From positions 28,582,001 through 28,646,000 of the forward strand of contig OZ024750.1 of assembly GCA_964016885.1 (NCBI GenBank): a stretch of DNA of 64,000 bases. Direction: 5' to 3'. The DNA is from Eledone cirrhosa. Lineage: Eukaryota. The notes under the pieces were generated by a model, which ran no database searches, had not been told where the DNA came from, and was given only the letters and a program-made list of their open reading frames with translations. A program made the translations under genes and the position numbers. Shown one piece after another: positions 39,985-52,394 of this stretch. The number at the start of each line of letters is the position of its first letter. The first letter of the stretch is position 1.

Positions 39985-40110
39985 AGTCGACACCTGCAGC
40001 ACTTGCAGCACCACGAACAGACGGAAGAGGGACTGGTAACTGTTCGGAGTGCGGCTGCTTCCACCACCTCACCTGTGTTGGCTTGAAGCGTCGAGCCTCC
40101 AGTGCCCAAG
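39985..40110 (+). pseudogene. PHD-finger-like remnant, probably from a retrotransposon
   Basis: DTCSTCSTTNRRKRDW [frameshift] NCSECGCFHHLTCVGLKRR: CxxC...CxxCxxxxHxxC spacing. Confidence 0.55.
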
Positions 40111-41119
40111 AAAATTGTGGTCTCATGACACTTCAAAAGAAATATTATACACGCGGTCCTTTCAATCTACATAACATTGAAAATAAAAGAGGAGGGAACA
40201 CCTCGTCTAACCTCCTTTGTCCCGTTTATTGTGGCGTGTGTCTGCTTGAATGTTCGGTTTAGTGTTGATATTGTCCTACAAGTGTGTAGTGGAGAGGGAG
40301 AGAGACAGGGCAATAGAAAGGTGGGGCGAGAGGGAGAGAGACAGGGAAATAGAAAGGTGGGGCGAGAGGGAGAGAGACAGGGAGATAGATAGGTGGGGTG
40401 AGAGTGAGAGGGGCAGAGATGGGAGAAAGAGACAGAGAGATAGGTAGACAGGGAAGGTAAGGAGAGAGAGAACGAGAAAAAGCAGAAGAGATGAGAGAAA
40501 GAGAGATAGGTAAGTAGAGAAGGGAGGAGAGAACGAGAGAAAGAAAGAACGAGGGAGAGAGAAGGGTGTAAGTGAGAGAGAGAGAGAGAACAAGAGAGAG
40601 TGAGTGAGAGAGAACAAGAGATAGTAAGTGAGAGAGGGAACAAGAGAGAGAGTGAGTGACAGAGAGAGGTAGAGAGATAGAGAGAGAGAGTGAGTGAGTG
40701 ACAGAGAGAGCAAGAGAGAGAGAGAGTGAGTGAGTGACAGAGAGAGCAAGAGAGAGAGAGAGACAGGAAGAGAGAGACTGACTGTTATGTCTAGCCACCA
40801 CGCCTTCTCTAAAGTTAATTTAAAATTAAAAGCCATTTCTAATAAATAACGACTAAATACATATTAACAAAAACCAAACGAAAGAAAGAGCTCTGCTATC
40901 AACAGTTATTTACTATGCTAACGTCAAAATTCAAAAATAATAGCTTGACCACGCCCTCTTCTTTCAACTTACTAACTAACTGACTGACTAACTCCCCACC
41001 ACAGACTTCACCCTCAACAGAATCACATGAAACTTGATATTTATATGTTGTCCCAAACAGATAGAGATTAAGCTTCAATGAGAGTGCGGTAACTACAACA
41101 CTATATATATATATATATA

Positions 41120-41200
41120 TACAGGGTGTCCCCCAAAAATGTATACACACTTCAACAGTATTCTAATAAATATATTTATACATTTGGGGGGGACACTCTG

Positions 41201-41202
<2 letters not shown>
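41120..41202. mobile_element. ~80-bp Tc1/mariner-type MITE
   Basis: TIRs ta-cagggtgtcccccaaaaatgtata / tatacatttggggggacactctg-ta. Degenerate relative at 62663-62761. Confidence 0.8.
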
Positions 41203-41254
<52 letters not shown>

Positions 41255-42173
41255 TACACACATATATGTATATATACATACATATATATACACATATATG
41301 TATATATACATACATATATATACACATATATACATATATACATACATATATATACACATATATACATATACCTAAATATATATACATATACATACAACTA
41401 AATATATACACATATATGCAGACACCTAAATATATACACATATATAATTCTAAATATATACACATATATACATCTAAATATATACATATACATATATTAA
41501 TTTAAATATATGCATATATATGCATACACCTAAATATATACACATATATACATCTAAATATATACGTATATATACATATATATATATACACCTAAATATA
41601 TACACAAATATAGTCATCTAAATATATACGTATATATACATATATATATATACACCTATATGAATGTATAAATATATATACACATATATACACCTATACC
41701 TATACAAATATAAATACACACACACATACATATATATATATACATACAAATATACATACACACACATACATATATATATAAATAAATACAAATATACATA
41801 CACACATACATATATTCATACATATACAAATATACATACAAATATAGATACACATACATATATATATATACAAATATACATACTCACACATACATATATT
41901 CATACATATACAAATATACATACATATACAAATATACATACACATATATATATATACAAATATACATATACATATATATACAAATATACATATATATACA
42001 AATATACATATATATACAAATATACATATACACATATATAAATATACATACACACATATACACATACACATATACATACACACATATACATATATACATA
42101 CACACATATACATATATACATACACACATATACATATATACATACACACATATACATATATACATACACACAT

Positions 42174-42787
42174 ATGGTGGCTGCCAACTCGTTTTTGAGT
42201 ACGGCCATTACTTTATATCCAAGTAGGAGAACCGCTACCGATGCGCTGAACGAGTGTGATTTTTAGTCCAGCCAGCGACTTGAAAACTCTGGTACAAACA
42301 CTATACTTGTGACAATTATTGACACATAGTGCAGTGCTGGGCCCATGGTACCATGTGATGACAAGTGCAGAGAGATCTCCAGATATAAAGCAATGCCTGT
42401 GCCATGAAGCTTTTATAGTGAGCAAAGGCACTGCACAAAGCCAGTCCCACTCTCTTAACCAAGATGATATTTACCAAAAAAGAAGAACAAGTCAACATCA
42501 TTGGATACCATCAGGGTTGTAGGTGTTATATCAGAGTTTTCCTTCTCCTAGAATTATGCCTTGACAAAGGCTAAGGGGTCATCTCTCCCGGTGATTTTGG
42601 ATGGCCATTGACTCTTAAGAGCTCCTCTGCCCTTTGACAGGTTTTGTTTTTAGTCCTGCAGGATGTCCAAAGTCACCCTCCTCACCAAGAAACATTGGTG
42701 GGGTTGCCAGTTTAGTCGCCAACGACCCGACCATGTGACAGGTTGTACTGGGATACATGTTACCAGTAGCACCAACTGGTGACCTGA
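42174..42787 (-). mobile_element. Second copy of the ~610-bp repeat at 19557-20165
   Basis: Same termini (atggtggctgccaactc...ctggtgacctga). Confidence 0.82.
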
Positions 42788-43681
42788 CATACACACATAT
42801 ACATATATATATACACACATACACACATATACATACACACATACACACATATACATACACACACATATACATACACACATATACATATACACATACACAC
42901 ACACACACACATATATACACACACACATATATACACACACTCACACACACATATATATATATATATATAAAAATATACATACACATATACATATATACAA
43001 ATATATAAATATACATATACACAAATATACATACATATATATACACAACGATATTCACAAACCCCAAAATAAATACGTACTGACTTTACTATATCTCCAA
43101 CAAGAACAAAAATAACAACAACAACAGTATAAATAAATTAAATAGGGGTGACAAAAACAAAACGAAAGTAAACAATTACTTAAGAAAATCTAAACAGCTA
43201 CAACTGACCCCTAGTACTTACTAAACCACTATGGTCCCCCCTACTGTTGCGTTTCATCTGTTGTTTTTCCTTAAGTCCATCCAACTCCTACACCACATTT
43301 TTTCCTTTTCTTTATCCATTGAAAGCATGTGTTTATGCTATTGATTTTTCACTCCAACCCGACAGCACGTGCTTTTGTCAGCATTGTCGTTTTCCCATCA
43401 ACGTTTGCAGGTACTAGCATATGGCGTCTGCTTCTTTTTCTATTATATATATATTCCCACGAACCATCACTTCAAATCGACGAGGTATAGGGTACTTTTA
43501 ATGGAAATTCATAAAGTCAATGACTGCAATCATAAAGAGAATTACGTAGTTTCTCCTAGCCTCCTTGTATTCTAAACCGGGGGGGGGGGGGGGGGTGTCT
43601 CAAAATCAAGGATTAAAAAATGGCCATTACACTACTGCGACCCAAAACTGAGATGAAGGAAGGGGTGGGATGATTTCTTAG

Positions 43682-44590
43682 TAAACACAGCTTGAAATAG
43701 TAAAAATAATACCAACTTATTTATTGCGTGAGACTTTAGATATCTTATTGAATATATTATTTTCATTTTTCTGCAGTACAGGATATGTTCCTATTTTATT
43801 CTGCCCTCATCAGTGAAGCAATGATAACTAAGACAATATTGTACAAAACGATATTGCAAACAGAAATATTGTACAATGACTATAGTGTAATGTAAATAAT
43901 TGTTACTACTTTTGGCCAGCAATTACCCCCAGTACATTACTGGTGCTTTATTTTATCGACCCTGTAAGGATAAAAGGCAAAGTTAACCTCGGTGGGATTT
44001 GAACTCGGACCGAAAAGGGCGGTAACTTTATGCGTCAAAGCATGGCGTCCGACCCTCTACCGATACTGCCAATCCACCTGTAATGTAAACAATGCTAGTC
44101 TCCAATAGTCTCCAATATAGCTGATGGGATGCTTTTTATTACCAAGTCTTATTTATTACCAAGTTTTAGGAAAATATTATTCACAAAATTTGTGTCGCGT
44201 GCCATAGAAAAGTAGTTTGCGAGCCACTTGTTTGAGACCTGTGTACAATATATTTGTAGACCCGTCTACAATATATTTGTTTTTTTTTATAATATATTTC
44301 TTATTAATATGTATAAGGTTTGTTTATACCCGTCTCACAAAATGTCAAATTATATATATTATATACCTTACACTATAGTTATTGTACGATATTTCTGTTT
44401 ACAATATCGTTTTATACAATATTTCCTTAGTTATCATTGGTCATTACTTTAAATAGAACACTGCTTCACAGAATAAAATAGGAACATATCCTGTACTGCA
44501 GAGAAATGAAAATAATATATTTAATAAGATATTTAAACTCCTGCGCATTAAGTAAGTTGGTATTAGTTTTACTATTTCAAGCTATGTTTA
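43682..44590. mobile_element. Non-autonomous long-TIR element (~210-bp inverted repeats) carrying a SINE-A insertion
   Basis: 43682-43890 pairs with 44368-44590. SINE at 43900-44078 has TSD tgtaatgtaaa(t/c)aat. Confidence 0.75.
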
Positions 44591-44784
44591 GCATTTGATT
44601 TGAGGGAGATTTGGTTGCTATTTCTAGCAGATTGTGCGACCATCTAGAAGCTTCGTTTTCGACTCTACAACATATATTGCTTGAGCAAGTTTATAAATTT
44701 AGTATTTAAAACAACATTGAGTATGTTTGGAGATTTTGTATGTAAAACAGTAATTAAACAGTATTTTTAAAAGCCGGTGACTGC

Positions 44785-45057
44785 AGAGTTGAATTTAGAC
44801 CTTGTGGCAGCCGGGTCACTTCAGTTTTTGGGGCCCTACATACATAAAAAATTAGAATACACCACAAACCCCTTAATTGTAGATAGCTTAGTGCAAATAA
44901 TTAGAATTGAAAAGTTATACAGACAGGTATCAAATACAAAAATTTTAAACATCCTAAAACTAAAAAGCCCAGCTGAGGGCACAAATAAATTCCCACAGCC
45001 GTCGCTGGGTGGGGGGGGAGGCAATTACCCCCCTTTTCTCCATTAAATCTGGCCCTC
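44785..45057. mobile_element. Possible degenerate Harbinger-type MITE
   Basis: Right end ttaaatctggccct, left cagagttgaatttag, internal ggggccc. Confidence 0.4.
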
Positions 45058-45474
45058 AGTGCCTGTCGTTATTATAATAGAGTGAGGTGGATTGGCAGTA
45101 TCGGTAGAGGGTCGGACGCCATGCTTTCCAGCATAGTTACGTCCCTTTACGATCTGAGTTCAAATCCCGCCGAGGTTGACTTTGCCTTTCATCCTTACGG
45201 GGTCGATAAAAGAAAGTACCAGTAATGCACTGGGTAATTGCTGGCTTTGTGCCTAAAGTAGAAACAGTTATTATAATAAAGTGAGCAATGCCGGGCGAGA
45301 AGATACCAGGTTGTTGACTATTCACGTCTCCATTACTCTAGAGAGCTTTAAACATTCTAACTTCCTTTTTACGTCCTCCAAAATATATTTTTTTAAATTT
45401 GAGTTAGTTAAAAGACCCCATTATATTAGCAGTAATTGATATTTTCTGTTTTTCAAAGAAATATATATACATAT

Positions 45475-45517
<43 letters not shown>

Positions 45518-46339
45518 GTAAACAGAAATAACATATATATATACATATATATATTGCTTAACGAAGCGAAAGCTCTCGGCTAATTTTGCACTAAATGACC
45601 GCACTAAAAAAATGAAAAATACAGACTGGTTTCCTGTTTATTATGAAAAATCTACGAACACAACATAAGCGATAAAATTAGTAAAACTGGCTAACGATAT
45701 TACAGTATTAGATTTCTTGTAAAGCAGATCCAAGAAAATATGACAATTAATATGTAGCCTTTTAATTAGTACTAATTTAGTAGAAATACAGGGTGAGCAG
45801 AAAGTCTTTCCTGGCTATAAACCTTTATTAACCAAAACATAAACAAGATAGAAAAACAGGGGAGGGGTAGGTACCAATTTGTTACTGAAAATTCCAACTA
45901 CTTCTCGTAGAAGACAAAATGTAAAACATGTTCAGAAAAACTTTAAACTTGAAATTTATAAATGAAAACAATGTAAAGGTAAAATCTCAAATAGTATCCG
46001 AGATATAATATTTTATAATCAGGGAAAGACTTTATGCTCAAAAGGTGTATTATGGAATTAAGCTTCGAACGAAATGTGGTACAAAGTAATTACTTGCTGT
46101 ATGTAGAACAGACGATATTCTCATTTGAGGCACAGTATTTGGTCATGTCTTTCTTATTTCTTGCAATGAATGAGCACAGCATTTTGTTCCAACTACTAAC
46201 ATGTTATTTTCACGCGACTCTTCTATCCCATAATTCTCCTTCCGGTATCTCTATTAACTTCCAGCTGCCTCCTCCCTCTATCATTTCTCCTACGTATGGC
46301 ACTGTGGCATCACATACCTTTCTTTCTCCCTCCCCAGAA

Positions 46340-46513
46340 TACAGTGTTTCCCGGTGCCGAAGAGGCTTCGTCCTCGAAGACGCACCCTAATTTTGACAAC
46401 CAAAAATTTGAAAAATAAATAATGAACAACCTTCAGCCTTCAGGACGCATGGTAGATTTTTGAGACCTATTTTAGGGAAAAAAGTAGCGTCTTTGACCCC
46501 TGGAAATACGGTA
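46340..46513. mobile_element. pogo/Tc2-type MITE
   Basis: Ends tacagtgtttcccgg / cctggaaatacggta, with subterminal aagacgc / gcgtctt. Confidence 0.65.
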
Positions 46514-47189
46514 CTCATTTTCAGACGTAACCATCCTACACTCATTCTACCTCTTGTTACATTCGTAAGCACCTCTTCCAGTTTTTATTTTAATATTTAA
46601 TCTATTCAAGTTACATTTACCAGTAATGCACTGGGTAATTGCTGGCCTTGTGCCAAAAGTAGAAACAATTATTGTAGATTGGCAGTATCGGTAGAGGGTC
46701 GGACGCCATGCTTTGTAAGCAAAGAGTTACGGCCCTTGCCATTCTGAGTTCAAATCCCGTCGAGGTTAACTTTGCCTTTCATCATTACGGGGTCGATAAA
46801 ATAAAGTACCGGTAATGCACTGGGATAATTTCAGGCCTTGTTCCAAAAATTTATTTTATACTGTTGTATGCCAAGAGAAATTTCGTTACTTCACCTACAT
46901 AACTCACTATGACACTCTTTATTTTCCGTACATTTACCGATCATAGATAACATTTAGAGGGTGTGATAACATTTTTCCTCGTATCTTCTCACTTCCCGGG
47001 TCAGACTGTGAAACTGTATGTAATCGAGTTGAAATCATACAATGTCTACTCCAGCTTGGCGGAAGATGATAGGATTGTTCTCTCTCGTATTTGTTATATA
47101 TATTTCCTCCAAGCGTGACACTAATACATTCCATGTTATTGCATCCTCTTGATTGTTCGCTTCTTGTTTCCTTGACCTATATATATATA

Positions 47190-47342
47190 CATGGACACAC
47201 TAGAAGAGGAAGACCAAGGTTAACGTATGTTGATGCCCTAAGGACAGACACTGGTCTGTTGGAGACGCAGGACATGGCAGCGATAATGAGGGACAGAGAG
47301 AACTCGTCCATGGATCTCGGGAATTTTACCAGCCTTAGAAAA
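47190..47342 (+). mobile_element. 3' fragment of an RTE-like LINE
   Basis: HGHTRRGRPRLTYVDALRTDTGLLETQDMAAIMRDRE resembles the RTE ORF C-terminus. Second copy at 55400-55524. Confidence 0.68.
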
Positions 47343-47576
47343 TATATAACGAAAGATTAGTATGGTTCGTTGATTACTCAATGAATACAATTTTACAATA
47401 GATTAGAATCACTCAACAGTGAATGTTTTCCTGGAGTTTTTAATATTATTCAAAATAAGACTGCCAATACTGACTTGAATAACCAAGACCGTAGTGATAT
47501 GTCATATATCAAATCATATATTTTGTCTGATGAGGACGTTCTGAAAAAACAACACAGTACCTTTGAAACATATATA

Positions 47577-47761
47577 ATTGTTTCTACTTTAGGCACAAGG
47601 CCAGCAATTACCCAGTGCATTACTGGTACTTTATTTTATCGACCCCGTAAGGATGAAAGGCAAAGTCAACCTCGGCGGGAGTTGAACTCAGATCGTAAAG
47701 GGACGTAACTATGCTGGAAAGCATGGCGTCCGACCCTCTACCGATACTGCCAATCCACCGC
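47577..47761 (-). mobile_element. Young SINE-A with 19-bp TSD
   Basis: TSD cctttgaaacatatataat on both sides. Similar young copies at 38026-38208 (TSD ccatgtataaatataaat), 54589-54777 (TSD ttactttgaataaataat), 45085-45272, 53280-53470, 54138-54330 and 56915-57100. Confidence 0.92.
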
Positions 47762-48148
47762 CCTTTGAAACATATATAATAAAGTATATATTTTGATTAT
47801 GAGAATATTTTTCATTTGTTAATATTTTTAATAATATTTGATATATATATATTAATAATAGTGAGTAAAATCGAAGTTGCAGCTGCGATTAGCATTTTTC
47901 TCAATCAATCTTCAGAAGTTGGCACGAAGCACTCAATGAGATGATATCGATAAATTATAGCTCAAAGTAATAACAATACGTTAGGGGTGTGAAAATTGCG
48001 ACCGGAGCACACACACACGAAGTCGTTTTCCTCACTGATGTGCAGTTTCGTTAAGGTATCTCCTCTATGTATGTTTGTATGTGTACAAGTATATATATAT
48101 ATATATATTTAAAATGACAACAGTAGGCCAAACTGGAAGGGATATGTG

Positions 48149-48220
<72 letters not shown>

Positions 48221-48221
<1 letters not shown>

Positions 48222-48410
48222 CGAAGGAGTTGTGGTAAGGAACTAGATGGACCATAACGCACCAGAGTACTCAATACTTAGGGTAGTAGAGTGGGTAATA
48301 AGAAAATGTATGACCCCGACAGGAGAGCTCAAGCCGTTTCGACGGCTAATTCTGGACAGAAATAGCCGTCGAAACGGCTTGAAGCTCTGCTGCTCGGGGT
48401 CATACATTTT

Positions 48411-48413
<3 letters not shown>
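48221..48413 (-). mobile_element. Family C fold-back element
   Basis: Same long arm as 25822; centre tctggacaga at ~48356. Confidence 0.85.
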
Positions 48414-48450
<37 letters not shown>

Positions 48451-48478
48451 TCTCTTTCTCTCTCTCTATATATATATA

Positions 48479-48524
<46 letters not shown>

Positions 48525-48548
48525 CTTTCTCTTTCTATATATATATGC

Positions 48549-48619
<71 letters not shown>

Positions 48620-49867
48620 AAATAGAAATAATGTCAAACGGTACAGTGAGATATTATTGCCTGAGAGTGCAGTAATTTTAGTTATGAGAAAACATTCTTA
48701 TCTCCTCCATTACATTCCAACTTATCACTTCTCTACACCTCCCATACGTCAAAAAAGATTATTTTTAAAGGGGAATATTAAAAACAAAATACTAGAAAAA
48801 GACACCACCCAGCAAGGGTAGTTTTGGAAATATAACATGAACCGGTGTACATCGGGGGGAGGAGCGATCTACCCACCCCACCTGCCAAGAGGTAACGCTT
48901 TTATCTCCACCGCCAAAAGGGAATATTCTTCAATGAACCTGTAGATTACCTGTCAAAGATATCATGAATAGTTATTAAATCACCAAGATTTTATTGTTCT
49001 GTTTGTTATTAATGTATTTTATTATGTCAATGTGGTGGTCGTTATCACCAAAGGGGGGGGGGTTAAGGGGTTCGTTTCGGTATCATTAGTTACCGGGTTC
49101 GATTCTAGAATATGACATCTTGGGCAAGTGACGTTTACCATAGCCTCGGCTGAACCTAAACCTTCTGAGTGAAATTGCGTGAACGGAAACTATGTGGAAG
49201 CCTGTTGGATCAATTATATCTGTGATTTAAAAGTTCAGCCTTGTAACACGTGTGGTGTTGAATCTTCCCGAGAATTACGTTCTGTTAACCGAAAAGTTTG
49301 AACACTCAACGTCAAAACTGACGGAGAACCCTTCTATTTCCTCTCCTTGTTCGAGTAGATAGATCTGCATTTACTATTCTTCTATCAGATTGTTTTCTCT
49401 TAGGTCTTTGTGTTAAAGTATGTTATAGTCCATGTTGAACAAGATGTCTCCAGGAGCTGCCATATCGATAAATTTAAGAAATTAAATAGCTCTTCTCAAG
49501 GTAGTCATTACTTCAGTAGTGAGTATTTTCTAAGGTCCCACTCGGTCACGAATGACCATGGTTTTGCACCTAGAAAGTTTCCCTCCGGGGTACAAGTCCG
49601 AGCAAGGTTTGTTTGTGGAAGACCAGCAGTCGCCCATACATACCAGTCTCCCTCTCCACGCCACCGATGTTGTCCAAGAGAAAGGCAATGGCCGATACAG
49701 CTTGGCACTAGTGACGTCGCAACTCATTTCTACAACTGAGTAAACTGGAGCAACGTGAAATAAAATGTCTTGCTCAAGGACACAACACAAAGCCTGGTCC
49801 GAGATTCAAAATCACAACCTCACGATTGTATGCCCGATGCTCTAACCACTAAGCCATGCGCCTTCAC

Positions 49868-50690
49868 TGCTAAGACATACAATCATCGTTACACTACTAC
49901 TATGACACAACACCATCACATATACTAGTACTAAGACATCGTACCACTATCACATATATTACTATTAAGACAAAACATCATCTTTATAATAGTACTAAGA
50001 CATACTACCATCACATATGCTAGTACTAAGACATCGTACCACTATCACATATATTACTATTAAGACAAAACATCATCTTTATAATAGTACTAAGACATAC
50101 TACCAACGTCATACTACTGCGGCACAACACCATCACATACACTAGTACTAAGACATACTACCATCACATATGCTAGTACTAAGACATCGTACGACTATCA
50201 CATATATTACTATTAAGACAAAACATCATCTTTATAATAGTACTAAGACATACTACCAACGTCATACTACTACGGCACAACACCATCACATACACTAGTA
50301 CTAAGACATACTACCATCACATATGCTAGTACTAAGACATCGTACCACTATCACATATATTACTATTAAGGCGAAACATCATCTTTATAATTGTTTCTAC
50401 TTTTGGCACAAGGCCATCAATTATCCCAGTGCATTACTGGTACTTTATTTTATCGACCTCGTAAGGATGAAAGGCAAAGTCAACCTCGGCGGGATTTGAA
50501 CTCAGATCGTAAAGGGACGTAACTATGCTGGAAAGCATGGTGTCTGACCCTCTACCGATACTGCCAATCCACAGTACTAAGACATACTACCATCACATAT
50601 GCTAGTACTAAGACATCGTACCACTATCACATATATTACTATTAAGACCTAACACCATCTTCACTACACTACAACTAAGACAAACATCAT
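49868..50690. repeat. Minisatellite built on tagtactaagacatactaccatcacata with higher-order duplication, interrupted by SINE-A (50389-50572)
   Basis: Direct reading of the repeated actaagaca units. Confidence 0.88.
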
Positions 50691-50970
50691 GGACGCCAGT
50701 TTTCTCTTTCCCCTCCATTACCAACAGATTTAATGTTCTGACGCAGGCTGTTTTACTTTCTAAATTATCTGGGTTCTGTTTTCCATCTCACTGTCACATA
50801 CAACCTTTAATGCATTACTAATGACTTCCTAGCTCTAATCTCTACTTCCCTCTCTCTCACTACCTCTCTCTCTCTCCCTCTCTCTTTCCTCTCTTTCGCC
50901 ATCTCTCCTTTCTCTCTTCACACGCGTGATGAGAGAGAGAGCAATAAATCTAGGTGCATGTATGTATGTA

Positions 50971-51035
<65 letters not shown>

Positions 51036-51113
51036 AAGCATATACACATTCATACATCTGTATATGTGCATTTGAAGGAGTGAATTTCACACATACATAC
51101 ATACATACATACA

Positions 51114-51144
<31 letters not shown>

Positions 51145-51631
51145 TTGAGCGATAGGCAGAGTGGAAAATGAGTGAGAGAGTGGGGGGAAAAAACTAGGCG
51201 TTGCATTATACGAAGTGATATGGACAGAGTGATAAATTGACAGCGAGTGGTTAGCGACGAAAAGATGTTATTAAATGCCTTTGGCACCTTTCGTACGCTA
51301 GGTTATTAGAATGAGGCCGTTGCACGCAATAACCTCTCATCTGTTGTTGGCACGTGGCATTTGCAATACTTGTTTTCCCTTTATTCGCTTCTTCTTATTT
51401 TGGCATCCTCTGTTTTATTACAATCACCATCATCATCAGTACATTCTTCGCCACCAACACGTCAATTATTGACGGCCAAACCATCGTAACCGACATTTCA
51501 AATCATTTTAGAGAGTAGGAAGGTGGGAAAAAAAAAGAAAAGGTCCCTTAAGTCCTGATGGGTTTGCAGGTGCACCGTCCTAACATATGGCGTATCTTGA
51601 GCATTTTAATCCTGGCGGAGCCCAGCCCTCT

Positions 51632-52052
51632 TCTGGCTGGAACACAGCCGATTTCTTCCCGAGAGAGAGGGTAGAGGGAGAGAAAATCAACTTGGCTGGG
51701 TCACAGCCGATTTATTCCCAAGAGAGAGGGTAGAGGGAGAGAAAATCAACCCTGGCTGGGTCACAGTCGATTTATTCCCAAAAGAGAGGGTAGTGGGGGA
51801 GAAAATCAACCCTAGCTGGGTCACAGTCGATTTATTCCCAAAAGAGAGGGTAGTGGGGGAGAAAATCAACCCTGTCTGGGTCACAGCCGATTTATTCCCA
51901 AAAGAGAGGGTAGTGGGGGAGAAAATCAACCCTGTCTGGGTCACAGCCGATTTATTCCCAAAAGAGAGGGTAGAGGGAGAGAAAATCAACCCTGGCTGGG
52001 TCACAGCCGATTTCTTCCCGGGAGGGAGGGTAATGGGAGAGAAAATCAACCC
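51632..52052. repeat. 60-bp minisatellite, ~7 units, expanded inside a SINE-C copy
   Basis: Unit ctggctgggtcacagccgatttattcccaaaagagagggtagtgggggagaaaatcaacc aligns in register on successive 60-nt lines. Confidence 0.93.
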
Positions 52053-52220
52053 CAATATTGGACTGGTGTTGTATTTAGACAACGAAATGATGAAAGGTAA
52101 AGTTGACCTCAGCGGGATTTGAACTCAATCAGCCTAATCCAATACTGAGCCATTGTTAATCGAACGTCCTAACGACTCTACCAATTCGCCGCCGTTTGAG
52201 AGAGTAAACTAATCAATATA

Positions 52221-52394
52221 CAAGTAAAATTCCGTTATAACGAAGACCATTATAACGAATTTTTCAGTATAACGAATTTTTTTCAATCCCCGGCCACACG
52301 CTTGATGTGTTAGGTCGATCTCGTTATAAAGAATTTTTCGTTACAATGAATTTGTTTATACTCTGTGAATTTCGTTATAACGGGATTTCACTTT
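52221..52394. mobile_element. pogo/Tigger-type MITE
   Basis: TIRs aagtaaaattccgttataacgaa / ttcgttataacgggatttcactt, with internal tataacgaa repeats. Confidence 0.75.

Noticed and set aside
43340-43490. Possible small exon (ttgcag|gtactagcatATGGCG...gag|gtatag)
   Set aside because: Splice-like motifs only; no recognisable peptide or partner exons.
51632-52052. CRISPR-like array
   Set aside because: No unique spacers; a plain 60-bp tandem repeat in eukaryotic SINE context. The same applies to 49868-50690.
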